Source: an uncultured Actinomycetes bacterium
GTDB lineage: Bacteria; SZUA-79; Acidulodesulfobacterales; Acidulodesulfobacteraceae
Assembly: GCA_964631685.1 (NCBI GenBank)
Contig: CAZVZU010000008.1
Location: 1-64,000, forward strand
Direction: 5' to 3'
Length of the DNA: 64,000 nt
In this document: one piece after another, positions 10,047-19,556 of the stretch
How positions within the stretch are numbered: the stretch's first letter is position 1
How the letters are laid out: the number at the start of each line of letters is the position of its first letter
Position numbers and translations under genes: made by a program
Notes under the pieces: model-generated
Told to the model about the DNA's origin: nothing
Seen by the model: the letters and a program-made list of their open reading frames with translations, nothing else
The model's database searches: none

Positions 10047-10496
10047 ATGGCTGAGGTGCAAGGTTGCGAACTTCCGGAAGGTTTATATTATGATATAGAG
10101 AAAGACACATGGGCGAAACCCTTAGGTGATAACATTGTTATGCTGGGTATGACAGATGTTGCTCAAACTCAGGCGGGCAAGATATTACATGTGACATTCA
10201 AGAAAAAAGGGAGCATTATTAAAAGGAGAGGCAATACCGCAACCATTGAGAGTGGCAAATGGGTTGGCCCTATCCCCTCTCCCGTTGCAGGTGAAATAGT
10301 TGAGGTCAACGAGGCGTTATTAAAGGATCCTCTTCTCCTTAATATATCGCCGTACGAAGATGCATGGGTTAGTAAGGTGAAGGCATCAGACTTGAGCGAA
10401 TTGAATAATCTTTTAACCGGAAAAGAGGCTGTCGAAAAATATCGAGAAAAGATAACAAAAGGGCAGATTCAATGCATGAGATGTTCGAGTCAGTAA
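10047..10496 (+). CDS. lbpA: GcvH-like lipoate-binding protein, LbpA type
   Basis: Lipoyl-lysine context TIESGKWVGP (not the ESVKA of true GcvH), N-terminal GCELPEGLYY, C-terminal QCMRC, N-SPYEDAW. Confidence 0.75.
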   Translation: MAEVQGCELPEGLYYDIEKDTWAKPLGDNIVMLGMTDVAQTQAGKILHVTFKKKGSIIKRRGNTATIESGKWVGPIPSPVAGEIVEVNEALLKDPLLLNISPYEDAWVSKVKASDLSELNNLLTGKEAVEKYREKITKGQIQCMRCSSQ

Positions 10497-10515
10497 TAAC
10501 CGGGATTAATCAATT

Positions 10516-10797
10516 ATGGCCAATGAGATAAATAAAAAAGAGATGAAGCACACTGTTGTACTCCTTGTTTCAAAGTGGTGCGAGGAGTGTGTTCCTGCAG
10601 ATAAAGCGTGGAAGAGGCTGCTGGATGAGCGCAAAGATTTTACTTATAAATCCCTAGATGTTGCCGATTCCGAAGGAAGACGTCTTTCAATACAGCTTTA
10701 TATCAGGAGTGTTCCTTCTACCGTTATCGATGGGAAACTTTCCTATGTTGGAGTTCCCACCAAAGAGGATGCTGACGAATTGCTTAATTTAGCTTGA
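10516..10797 (+). CDS. Thioredoxin/glutaredoxin-like protein
   Basis: WCEEC motif and cis-Pro motif RSVPSTVIDG...GVP. Confidence 0.85.
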   Translation: MANEINKKEMKHTVVLLVSKWCEECVPADKAWKRLLDERKDFTYKSLDVADSEGRRLSIQLYIRSVPSTVIDGKLSYVGVPTKEDADELLNLA

Positions 10798-10845
10798 TCT
10801 TTTTGTGATGATATATAAATAAAATAAAACAGGATCAAATTAAAA

Positions 10846-13485
10846 GTGAAAATCCCCAGAGCTTTTAGAAGATTAGACAGGTTTATACTTTGTATTGCTG
10901 TTTCGACAGGTATCGTGATTGCCATAATATCCGCATTTTTACTTTCGAACTTTACCAATAGAATTATCAAGACCAGTTCTATGGTTACCAGCTCCTATAT
11001 CGCTGATCAAACATTTAACACGATGTATCAGATAATGAGCAAGGGTTGGAATGAAAAACAGGTGTTGTCCTTTATGGCTGCACTTAAAAAGTCCTCTAAA
11101 AATGAAAAAATGCTTAAGGTTATGATATTTAGGGGTGATATAGTCAAGAAACAGTTTGGGGCAGTGACGCAACCCAAGGAAAATGACATTATTAAAAGAG
11201 CATTCGCAGCTAAAAAGCCAATACATAAAACCGTAAACGGAAAGGAGATATTTGCGTATCCTCTTATAGCGAACCAGTTGTGTCTTAAATGCCATACAAT
11301 CGAGAAGGTTGGCGATGTAAATGGTGTTGTGCAGGTTTCCTTTAATCCCTCGTTTTTGACCAATGAGTTCAGGGATTATTACTTCCTTATCTTATTCCTT
11401 ATCTTTCTTTTCCCGATCATGGGAGGACTTTTTGTTACCGCCATTCTAAGGCGACAGGTAAAATATGGGGTAGAGAGTATTAATAGGGAGGTTGAAAGCA
11501 TAAAAACGGTCAAAGATTTAAAAACGCTTGACGCAAAATTTGTTGACCTTAAATTTGATGAATTTAACCAAATTTATAGGGGAGTAACAAGCCTTGCGCT
11601 TAAACTTCGTGATATTGCCGTAGATAAAGATGTTCTTGAATTCGAGATAAGACTTCTCGAGAGGTTTATTATAACTTCAGAGGTTGTCAATGACTGGAAG
11701 GAGCATGTATTTCATCTTTTAATAGAGATGAACAAGATTTTAAAGGTCTATAATGTATTTTCAATATTTATTCAAGATGAAGACTTGATTGAAATAGAGG
11801 TATTCTGGAGAAACAAACCGACCGAAAACACTAAAAAATTATTTGATAAATTAATTTATCAAAGTGTGTATGATTCCGGTTTAAATGGTTTTTGTGTACA
11901 AGGCATAGGGAACCATGAGGTATTTCACAATGTAGCTGATAGCAGTTCCATTCTTCGCGAACTCTCTGAGGAAGACATATTGGTTCAAACGAAAAAGGTA
12001 ATTTTGGATGTTCCGCACATAGGCGGAATAGTCGGCATAGGCGTTCAGGCCGAGGATGCTATAGACAGCACGCGAGAACTAGTTATAAATAGTGTTCTTA
12101 CTACGCTTTTGAATGTTATAGGCTCGATAAAAGCGATATATAAATATACGAAAGATTTAGAATATTACGCTACGAGGGATGGGCTAACAGGGCTTTATAA
12201 TCAGAGGGTTTTTACGGAGTTTTTGCATTATGAGGTAGAAAGGGCAAAAAGAAATAATTATGTTTTCAGTCTAGTGTTTATAGATTTGGATAATTTCAAG
12301 CTGATTAACGATATGTATGGCCATAATTTTGGGGATGAATTCCTCAAGGGCGTAGGCGGCGTATTAGAAAAAACAAAACGGAATGAGGATATATTGGCCC
12401 GTTACGGGGGTGATGAATTTGTAATGATACTTCCGGAAGCGGGGCAGGAACAGGCTTATATGATATCGGAAAGGATAATGAGTAAGATACGATCATTTTC
12501 ATTAAAGGATGGTAATTCCCAAAAAATAGTCAGTGCAACCGCGTCTATAGGGATATCCGTTTACCCATATTCTGCAACTAACGAAAAAGACATGTTTCTA
12601 CTTGCCGACAACATGATGTATAAGGCCAAAAGCGAGGGTAAGAACATAATTTATATGGCAAAAGAAGAAGATTTAGTTTCGGTTTATCAAGTGTTATCCG
12701 AAAAGAGCAAGATGGTCTTGAATGCGTTGGAGCAAGATTTAATAGTACCGTATTTTCAACCTATCAAGGAGCTAGACACCGATAAGATTGTTGCCCACGA
12801 GCTTTTAATGAGAATAAAACTAGACGCTAAGACCGGTGGCATAGAATATCAACAGGGTGCCGGACATGCTCAGTCATCCTCCGGCGACGTTATTATTTCG
12901 GCGGGGGAGTTTATTGAAATAGCCGAAGATATAGGGGTCGCTCACAAATTAGATTTATTGCTGCTGGAAAAGGCTTTTAAAAAGGTTAAGGACGAGAATT
13001 ACGGTGATATTTTATTTGTCAATCTGTCTCCTAAATCATTAGTTTTGTCGGATTATGTTAAAACGGTAAAAATGCTTTCTTTGCAATATAATATTGATGT
13101 GTCCAAAATAGTGTTTGAGATAACAGAAAGGGAAACCGTGAGGAATATAACCCTCCTTGAAAAATTTGTGGCTAATCTCAAATATGAGGGGTTTAGATTT
13201 GCGATAGATGATTTTGGTTCCGGTTTTAGTTCCTTTTTATACATTAAAAGATTTCACATTGATTTTATCAAGATAGACGGCGAGTTTATAAGGGGTATTC
13301 TAAAAGATAAAATGGATAGGGCAGTCGTCGTTAGTTCTATCTCAATAGCAAAAGAAATGGGAATAAGGACGATTGCCGAATTTATTGAGTCGAATGAAAT
13401 TGCCCTGGAACTTAAAAAGTTAAATATAGATTATGGCCAAGGCTTTTTCATAGGCATGCCCGCTGATAATTTTTCAGACACATAA
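10846..13485 (+). CDS. Membrane diguanylate cyclase/phosphodiesterase with periplasmic heme-c sensor
   Basis: Two TM segments flank a domain with CLKCH. DGLTGLYN, RNED I-site, RYGGDEF, EAL domain (HELLMR, EITE, DDFGSGFSS, KIDG, AEFIE, QGF). Confidence 0.9.
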   Translation: MKIPRAFRRLDRFILCIAVSTGIVIAIISAFLLSNFTNRIIKTSSMVTSSYIADQTFNTMYQIMSKGWNEKQVLSFMAALKKSSKNEKMLKVMIFRGDIVKKQFGAVTQPKENDIIKRAFAAKKPIHKTVNGKEIFAYPLIANQLCLKCHTIEKVGDVNGVVQVSFNPSFLTNEFRDYYFLILFLIFLFPIMGGLFVTAILRRQVKYGVESINREVESIKTVKDLKTLDAKFVDLKFDEFNQIYRGVTSLALKLRDIAVDKDVLEFEIRLLERFIITSEVVNDWKEHVFHLLIEMNKILKVYNVFSIFIQDEDLIEIEVFWRNKPTENTKKLFDKLIYQSVYDSGLNGFCVQGIGNHEVFHNVADSSSILRELSEEDILVQTKKVILDVPHIGGIVGIGVQAEDAIDSTRELVINSVLTTLLNVIGSIKAIYKYTKDLEYYATRDGLTGLYNQRVFTEFLHYEVERAKRNNYVFSLVFIDLDNFKLINDMYGHNFGDEFLKGVGGVLEKTKRNEDILARYGGDEFVMILPEAGQEQAYMISERIMSKIRSFSLKDGNSQKIVSATASIGISVYPYSATNEKDMFLLADNMMYKAKSEGKNIIYMAKEEDLVSVYQVLSEKSKMVLNALEQDLIVPYFQPIKELDTDKIVAHELLMRIKLDAKTGGIEYQQGAGHAQSSSGDVIISAGEFIEIAEDIGVAHKLDLLLLEKAFKKVKDENYGDILFVNLSPKSLVLSDYVKTVKMLSLQYNIDVSKIVFEITERETVRNITLLEKFVANLKYEGFRFAIDDFGSGFSSFLYIKRFHIDFIKIDGEFIRGILKDKMDRAVVVSSISIAKEMGIRTIAEFIESNEIALELKKLNIDYGQGFFIGMPADNFSDT

Positions 13486-13494
13486 AAAAAAGCA

Positions 13495-15930
13495 TCATCC
13501 GCAATCGGAGTATCCGCAATCAAGACATACTGTGCATCCTTCTGCATGCTTTAGGTTGGAACCGCCACATGATGGGCAGGCTCCTCTTCCTTGTGCTTTA
13601 TGCTTATCGTGATGTTTGTGCTTGGGCGGTTCAATGTCTGGATGATTTTCATTGGTATCGCCTCGCGAACCTATAGGTTCCGACATACTTCTTTCAAGCG
13701 CTTTTCCGATAGCATCTGCGCATGAGTATATTGTGTTGGCGCCGAAACCGTAGGGTATGTTGCACCTGATTCCTTTTAACTGATTGATTATTTCTGTTGC
13801 ACCTATTCCTGACCTCAATGCCATGCTTACCATCCTGCCAGTTGATTCGGTTTGAGACTGAGCACATCCGCCGGATTTACCGATAGAATTGAATATTTCA
13901 AAGGGTCTGCCGCTTTCATCGTAATTTATCGTTACATATAATGGACCGCAACCGGTTGTGGTTTTAACCGTAACTCCGTGTATCATAGCCGGTCTTTTTC
14001 TCGGCTCTATTGGTTTGCCGGTTAGGCTTGTATCATTTTCTATTGGCTTGTTTTCTCTATTACCAGAAGAGGAACCGGTCGTCAAGACTTGCAAGTCTCT
14101 TGAACCGTCCCTGTAAACCGTGATGCCCTTTAAGTTAAGGTCGTATGCCAGCATGTATACTTCTTTGATATCTTCTTTTTTTGCGGAATTAGAGAAATTA
14201 ACCGTCTTACTGACAGCGTTATCAATGTGTTTTTGGAATGCTACTTGCGTCATAACATGCCATTTTGGGGTAATGCCATGGGATGTGATAAATATGCGAC
14301 TAAGATATTTGAAAACATCGGGGGACAATAGGCTAGTGATGTCCCCTTTGTAAGACTTACCCATACTGCCGTTTTTGATGACAAAATCTATTAATTCCGT
14401 AGAATATGCCCCTGTGTCGTCAAGTTTGGTTTTAAAATTTTTATCTATCTCTATTAGAGTTTGATTGTCCAGAACATGTCTTTCATAAGCCAATGCAAAT
14501 AATGGCTCTATCCCGCTGGATGCCCCCGCGATAATACTTATGGTGCCGGTCGGCGCAATGGTTGTGGTTGTCCCATTTCTCATTGTATTATAGCCCTTGC
14601 TTTTCCATATGGAATTGTCAAAGTTAGGAAAATTTCCCCTGTCTTGCCCTAATTCTTCAGATTTTAATTTTGATTCTTTATCAATAAAGCCCATTATTTT
14701 TTCGGCTATTTTAAGTGCCAAGTCACTGTCATAAGGGATTCCTAATTTTATTAGCGTATCGGCATAGCCCATGATTCCTAGCCCTATTTTTCTATTTGCA
14801 AGCGTCATCTGTCTTATTTTTTCAATGGGATAATGATTTTTATCTATGACATTGTCTAGGAAGTGAATGGCAGTATCTACCGTTTTTTTTAGAGCTTTAA
14901 AGTCAATACGATTTAGATAATAAGATAAAGTGTCGTCAATCGTTGAGTTTGCTCCATTTTCTATCTCATTAAGTTTTTTTAAGATATCTGTAACATTAAA
15001 TTTTTCATTATCGTCTTTTATAAATTTTCCTATATTGATAGACCCTAAATTGCAGGATTCGTGAGCTTCTAGCGGTTGTTCGCCGCATGGATTTGTCGCC
15101 TCTATTTTTTTTCCTGACAGACGCATAGGGTTAAGTTTATTTATCCTATCAATAAATATAATCCCCGGTTCTCCGCTTAGCCATGCACTTTCCACTATTA
15201 AATTAAAAACGTTTTTAGCGTTAAGATGTTTAACGGTTTTGCCGTTCCTTGGGTTCAGCAGAGGATAATTCTCATTTTTAACGGCATGATTCATAAAGTC
15301 TTCGGTTATAGCAACGGAGATATTGAAATTATTGAGTTTTGAAGTATCTTTTTTAGATGTTATGAAGTCTAATATATCCGGATGATCTATTCTCAGGATG
15401 CCCATATTTGCACCCCTTCTTGTTCCGCCTTGCTTAATTGCTTCGGTAGCGCTGTTAAATACCTGCATAAAGGAGACGGGTCCGCTTGATACACCCTTTG
15501 TAGAATGGACTACATCATTTTTTGGTCTCAAATTAGAAAAAGAAAAGCCCGTCCCGCCGCCACTCTGATGTATAAGCGCAGTATTTTTTATTGTTTCAAA
15601 GATTGATTCCATAGAATCTTCAATTGGAAGAACGAAGCAGGCAGAAAGTTGCTGTAATGATCTCCCTGCATTCATTAATGTGGGGGAGTTTGGTAAAAAG
15701 CGGAGGTTTATCATCTCTTCGAAAAACACATCTTCCGTCTTGCTAATATCTTCTTTTGTTTTGTGATAGTTGGAGTCGGCTTCGGAGATGTTCCTTGCTA
15801 CTCTTCTAAACATTTCGGATATCGTTTCGGTAATTTCGCCCTTCTCGTTTTTAGCTAAATATCTTTTTTGTAAAACGGTTATGCTGTTTTTGGAAAAATT
15901 TTTTGTAAGCACGTCATTTTTATCTTTCAT
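13495..15930 (-). CDS. nrdJ: Class II (adenosylcobalamin-dependent) ribonucleotide reductase with TSCPD domain and Zn ribbon
   Basis: PNSPTLMNAG, LSACFV, GGTRRGANM, TNPCGEQPL, CNLGS, APTGT, VSKTVN, YRDGSR, C-terminal CPSC...CLDCGYSDCG. ATG 15930 has an AGGAG RBS (ORF track 15945). Confidence 0.95.
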   Translation of the reverse strand: MKDKNDVLTKNFSKNSITVLQKRYLAKNEKGEITETISEMFRRVARNISEADSNYHKTKEDISKTEDVFFEEMINLRFLPNSPTLMNAGRSLQQLSACFVLPIEDSMESIFETIKNTALIHQSGGGTGFSFSNLRPKNDVVHSTKGVSSGPVSFMQVFNSATEAIKQGGTRRGANMGILRIDHPDILDFITSKKDTSKLNNFNISVAITEDFMNHAVKNENYPLLNPRNGKTVKHLNAKNVFNLIVESAWLSGEPGIIFIDRINKLNPMRLSGKKIEATNPCGEQPLEAHESCNLGSINIGKFIKDDNEKFNVTDILKKLNEIENGANSTIDDTLSYYLNRIDFKALKKTVDTAIHFLDNVIDKNHYPIEKIRQMTLANRKIGLGIMGYADTLIKLGIPYDSDLALKIAEKIMGFIDKESKLKSEELGQDRGNFPNFDNSIWKSKGYNTMRNGTTTTIAPTGTISIIAGASSGIEPLFALAYERHVLDNQTLIEIDKNFKTKLDDTGAYSTELIDFVIKNGSMGKSYKGDITSLLSPDVFKYLSRIFITSHGITPKWHVMTQVAFQKHIDNAVSKTVNFSNSAKKEDIKEVYMLAYDLNLKGITVYRDGSRDLQVLTTGSSSGNRENKPIENDTSLTGKPIEPRKRPAMIHGVTVKTTTGCGPLYVTINYDESGRPFEIFNSIGKSGGCAQSQTESTGRMVSMALRSGIGATEIINQLKGIRCNIPYGFGANTIYSCADAIGKALERSMSEPIGSRGDTNENHPDIEPPKHKHHDKHKAQGRGACPSCGGSNLKHAEGCTVCLDCGYSDCG

Positions 15931-15964
15931 TTTTGCTCCTGTCATTGAACATTTAAATATTTAT

Positions 15965-16025
15965 TTACAATATATAGTTATATTTTATATTTATTTACAA
16001 TATATTGTAAATAATCTTTTGTCAA
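15965..16025 (-). promoter_or_regulatory. Tandem NrdR boxes overlapping the nrdJ promoter
   Basis: TTACAATATATAGTTA (15965-15980) and TTACAATATATTGTAA (15995-16010), 30 bp apart. Minus-strand TTGACA (16025-16020)-17 bp-TATTGT (16002-15997). Confidence 0.85.
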
Positions 16026-16148
16026 TATTTTTTTAATTATTGTTTTTAATTGTAAATCGTATTTAAAAGATTTATAATTCAGTAAAAGCTACAAGTAAAA
16101 TATAAATTCATATATAGGCTATGTGGAGGGGCTAATTAAAATAAAACG

Positions 16149-16856
16149 ATGAGTGACAGTTTAAAGTATATTAATAATATGGGTATTTTAGCCCATGTGC
16201 TAAACACAAATATTGTTGTAAAGCTGGTTCTTTTAATCTTATTTGTTTTCTCCTTGACATCGTGGGCTATTATCTTTTATAAGTTAAATTATCTCAATAA
16301 AGCGAAAAGGGAGGATAAGGAGTTTCTTGATTTATTCTGGGAATCAAAAAGATTAGATTATGTTTATGCATCCATCAAGAACTTTAACTATAGTCCTATA
16401 GCTTTTATGTTTGGCGCTACATACAAAACGCTTATAGATATTAAAAAAAAGTTGGAGAATAAAGATAGATTATTTGGTAGCGAGAGCAATAATGAGAATA
16501 GAGCTTATATAGAAAGGGCTTTAAAAAAATCTCAGCTCTCATCTATGACAAAACTAGAAGTGTCGCTTCCGTTTTTGGCGACGGTGGGTTCTACCGCTCC
16601 CTTTATAGGTTTATTCGGAACAGTTTGGGGAATAATGGCTTCGTTTGAAAGCATTCAAAGGGCGGGGACAGCCGGTTTGGCTGTTGTGGCCCCTGGTATC
16701 GCAGATGCATTAATAGCTACGGCAGCCGGTCTTTTTGCGGCAATACCGGCTGTAATTGCGTATAACTATTATTCTAATAAGGTAAGAGTTTTGGTTAATG
16801 GGATGACTGATTTTGCATATGAGTTTATGACTATAATTGAAAGGCAGATTTTATAA
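16149..16856 (+). CDS. tolQ: Tol-Pal system protein TolQ
   Basis: LATVGSTAPFIGLFGTVWGIM...VAPGIADALIATAAGLFAAIPAVIAYN. Confidence 0.93.
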   Translation: MSDSLKYINNMGILAHVLNTNIVVKLVLLILFVFSLTSWAIIFYKLNYLNKAKREDKEFLDLFWESKRLDYVYASIKNFNYSPIAFMFGATYKTLIDIKKKLENKDRLFGSESNNENRAYIERALKKSQLSSMTKLEVSLPFLATVGSTAPFIGLFGTVWGIMASFESIQRAGTAGLAVVAPGIADALIATAAGLFAAIPAVIAYNYYSNKVRVLVNGMTDFAYEFMTIIERQIL

Positions 16857-16861
16857 TAATT

Positions 16862-17302
16862 ATGTTTACACCGTTTGACGATAAAGAAGGCAGGAGAGGT
16901 TTTTCTTTTGATTTTAAGCTAATGTCCGACATAAACATCACCCCGTTTGTTGATGTTATGCTCGTTCTTCTCGTTATCTTTATGGTAACCGCTCCAATGT
17001 TGGTGCATGGAATAAATGTGCATTTACCGGTGGCTAAAACACGGACATTAAGGGCTCCGGAAAAAACAATAGTTATTTCCGTAACGTCCAATAGAAGGAT
17101 TTATGTAAATAGCTCTAGGGTAGGCTTTTCAATTTTAACCAGAAAGTTGCGAGTTTTATATAAAGGCAGAAAGGATAAGCAAATATTTCTTAAGGCAAGT
17201 TCCGTTATATCTTATGGTTATGTAATGCGTATTATGACTGCCATAAAAGATGCGGGCATAACAAAAATAGGCATGGTAACGGCAAATCTCAAACATAGGT
17301 AA
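16862..17302 (+). CDS. tolR: TolR/ExbD family protein
   Basis: INITPFVDVMLVLLVIFMVTAP. Follows tolQ. Confidence 0.92.
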   Translation: MFTPFDDKEGRRGFSFDFKLMSDINITPFVDVMLVLLVIFMVTAPMLVHGINVHLPVAKTRTLRAPEKTIVISVTSNRRIYVNSSRVGFSILTRKLRVLYKGRKDKQIFLKASSVISYGYVMRIMTAIKDAGITKIGMVTANLKHR

Positions 17303-17347
17303 CATATTTAAGTTACGGTTGATATAACTAAGTGAAGTTGTGTTAAA

Positions 17348-18103
17348 ATGTTTAATGACAATCAAGGCAATATTGGAAGATATTATATATATTCGATTTT
17401 ATTTCATCTGATTTTGATAGGTTTGGTATTCTATTTAGCGATTAGATATAAACCGGAGATTCAATCTGTAGGTTCAAATGTGGTTGTCAGTATTACAAGC
17501 AGCATACCTATGCGGCATATCCCGACGAGGGTTGTAAAAAAACGGTTCGTCAAGGTTAAACGAAGCGGGCATGTCAAGGTTAAGATGGTAGTGAAGCATA
17601 GTAAGCAAGAGGTAAAGGTTGCCAAGCGGGTTGCAATTGTAAGCAAACCGGTTCATGTTGAAAAAATTATTAAAACACACGTCTTGCCGGTTGCTACGGT
17701 TAGCTCCAGTATTTACGCTAAGTTAAGCCACAAAGTAAGCCTTCGTAGTGCATATAATAAAGTTAAGGCATCTTTAGTTAAGGGAAATATCCAGAAATTT
17801 ATAGCATATAGTAACAGAATAGAGCCTATTATTATGTCTAATTTTAATATTCCCCTAACTAAATATTTAAGCTATAAATCTGTTGTTGCTATCCAAATAA
17901 CGGACTCCGGCAGGATTTACGATGTCATACGGGTTAAGTCTTCTGGTAGTACTTATTTCGATTCGCAAGCAATGGAGGCGTTAAAGCTCTCAAGCCCATT
18001 ACCTCCGCCGCCGAAGGGCTTTATGGCTTTTATAAACTCTAAAAATGCCGGTGATGGTGTTTTAATAAATTTCGATCCGAATGAGATTATAAAAAATAAA
18101 TAG
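17348..18103 (+). CDS. tolA: TolA-like energy transducer (TonB_C domain)
   Basis: N-terminal TM with SILFH (SxxxH), Lys/Val-rich linker, C-terminal KSSGSTYFD..A..A...SPLPPPP. Lies between tolR and tolB. Confidence 0.8.
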   Translation: MFNDNQGNIGRYYIYSILFHLILIGLVFYLAIRYKPEIQSVGSNVVVSITSSIPMRHIPTRVVKKRFVKVKRSGHVKVKMVVKHSKQEVKVAKRVAIVSKPVHVEKIIKTHVLPVATVSSSIYAKLSHKVSLRSAYNKVKASLVKGNIQKFIAYSNRIEPIIMSNFNIPLTKYLSYKSVVAIQITDSGRIYDVIRVKSSGSTYFDSQAMEALKLSSPLPPPPKGFMAFINSKNAGDGVLINFDPNEIIKNK

Positions 18104-18133
18104 TACGATTGTCTGGAGTCAGGTAAGTCAAAA

Positions 18134-19480
18134 ATGCTCAAAGTTAAATTTAGTGGTTACTGTAAGATTTTTTGTGGTGTGTTATTTTTTTTGTTTTTAT
18201 TGCCCGTTAATTCTTACTCAAAGGTATATATAAATATCTATGCCGCAAAGATTAAAAAGGTTAGGGTTGCTGTGACTGATTTTAAAAATATTTCAAAACG
18301 TGGACAGCATCAAAACATTGCAAGCAACATTGCTCATATTATTAGGCACGACCTTTCCGTTATTGGGTATTTTAGTGTCGTAGATCCGCTTTTATATCTC
18401 GAAAATCCTCAATATGCGCCTATAAGCGCTAATAAAATAGATTTCGCAGACTGGAGCATACTAAACGCACAGTATTTAATTAACGGCACATATAAAATCA
18501 AAAATGGCAAGATACAAATTAGTGCAAATTTTATAAGTGTTTATTCCAGAAAACTGCTATTAACCGAAATATTCAAGGGACGCATTAATCAGTACAGATA
18601 TATGGCAAATAAGTTTTCAGATGAGATAGTAAAATTTTTAAGTGGCAAAAAGGGTCCGTTTACTACGAAAATATTTTTTGTAGGTGAGCGAGATGGTGTG
18701 AAAAATATTTTTATGATGAATTTTGGGGGACATAGGGTAAGAAAAATTACCGATAACAGGTCAATAAATATATTTCCATCCCCATCCCCCGGCGGACGTA
18801 GCGTTGCATATATCTCATTTAAAGATGGAAGTCCTGCAGTTTTTGTTAAAAATTTAAATACAAATCGAACTGTAAAACTTAACCTACTCGGACCCGCAGA
18901 TTATGTTGCGTGGTCGCCTACGGGAAGTAAATTAGCTATAGCTCTTACACCGGACCGCTACAATACCGAAATATATACGGTTGACACAAACGGGAGGGAT
19001 TTAAAACAATTGACATTTACGGGGGGAATAAATACATCTCCTTCGTTTTCTCCAAATGGGAGTAGAATTGTTTTCGTTTCTAACAGAGGAGGAAGTCCTC
19101 AGGTTTATATAATGAATTTTGATGGCAGCGACCAACGCCGCATTACTTATAACGGCAGTAATTATAATACCAGTCCCGCGTGGTCGCCTGACGGACAAAA
19201 GATTGCTTTTACATCTTTAATAAAGGGTGTTCTTCAAGTGTGTATTATAAATACCAATGGAACGGGTGAAAAGCAGGTTACCGATACGCCGTATAGCGCT
19301 CTGCATCCCGCATGGACGAGGGATTCTAGGATAATTACTTTCAGTACCGACATTGCGGGTAAACAGAAATTATTTATGATAGACGTGAATGAGGGTGATA
19401 TGACGAGGTTGGCACCTTATATGTTTCCGGAAATGCAGAATTATTCAAGTGCGGAGTGGTCGTTAAAATCCTCTTATTGA
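18134..19480 (+). CDS. tolB: Tol-Pal beta-propeller protein TolB
   Basis: Signal peptide, TolB_N region, PD40 repeats (WSPTG, SPSFSPNG, SPAWSPDG). Confidence 0.92.
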   Translation: MLKVKFSGYCKIFCGVLFFLFLLPVNSYSKVYINIYAAKIKKVRVAVTDFKNISKRGQHQNIASNIAHIIRHDLSVIGYFSVVDPLLYLENPQYAPISANKIDFADWSILNAQYLINGTYKIKNGKIQISANFISVYSRKLLLTEIFKGRINQYRYMANKFSDEIVKFLSGKKGPFTTKIFFVGERDGVKNIFMMNFGGHRVRKITDNRSINIFPSPSPGGRSVAYISFKDGSPAVFVKNLNTNRTVKLNLLGPADYVAWSPTGSKLAIALTPDRYNTEIYTVDTNGRDLKQLTFTGGINTSPSFSPNGSRIVFVSNRGGSPQVYIMNFDGSDQRRITYNGSNYNTSPAWSPDGQKIAFTSLIKGVLQVCIINTNGTGEKQVTDTPYSALHPAWTRDSRIITFSTDIAGKQKLFMIDVNEGDMTRLAPYMFPEMQNYSSAEWSLKSSY

Positions 19481-19556
19481 AAAATATGATTTTATGTGTT
19501 AATCTCTAGATATTAATTATAAAATTTTTAAATTCAATTGGGGTTTTTTAGGCGTC

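Noticed and set aside
10047..10496. Annotation as glycine cleavage H protein (gcvH)
   Set aside because: The lipoyl motif is ESGKWVG with terminal cysteines and there are no gcvT/gcvP neighbours, which fits LbpA better.
13495..15930. Intein or Sec read-through in nrdJ (ends CG-TGA)
   Set aside because: No intein motifs, normal length, the C-terminus matches the usual C..CGYS.C end, and read-through would run into the convergent gene.
15957..16014. Repeat as CRISPR or transposon end
   Set aside because: Only two AT-rich copies are present, they are explained by NrdR boxes, and no cas or transposase genes occur.
16149..16856. TolQ TM3 Glu replaced by Asp (GIADAL)
   Set aside because: This is a conservative acidic substitution and TolR Asp is intact, so it is not evidence of altered function.
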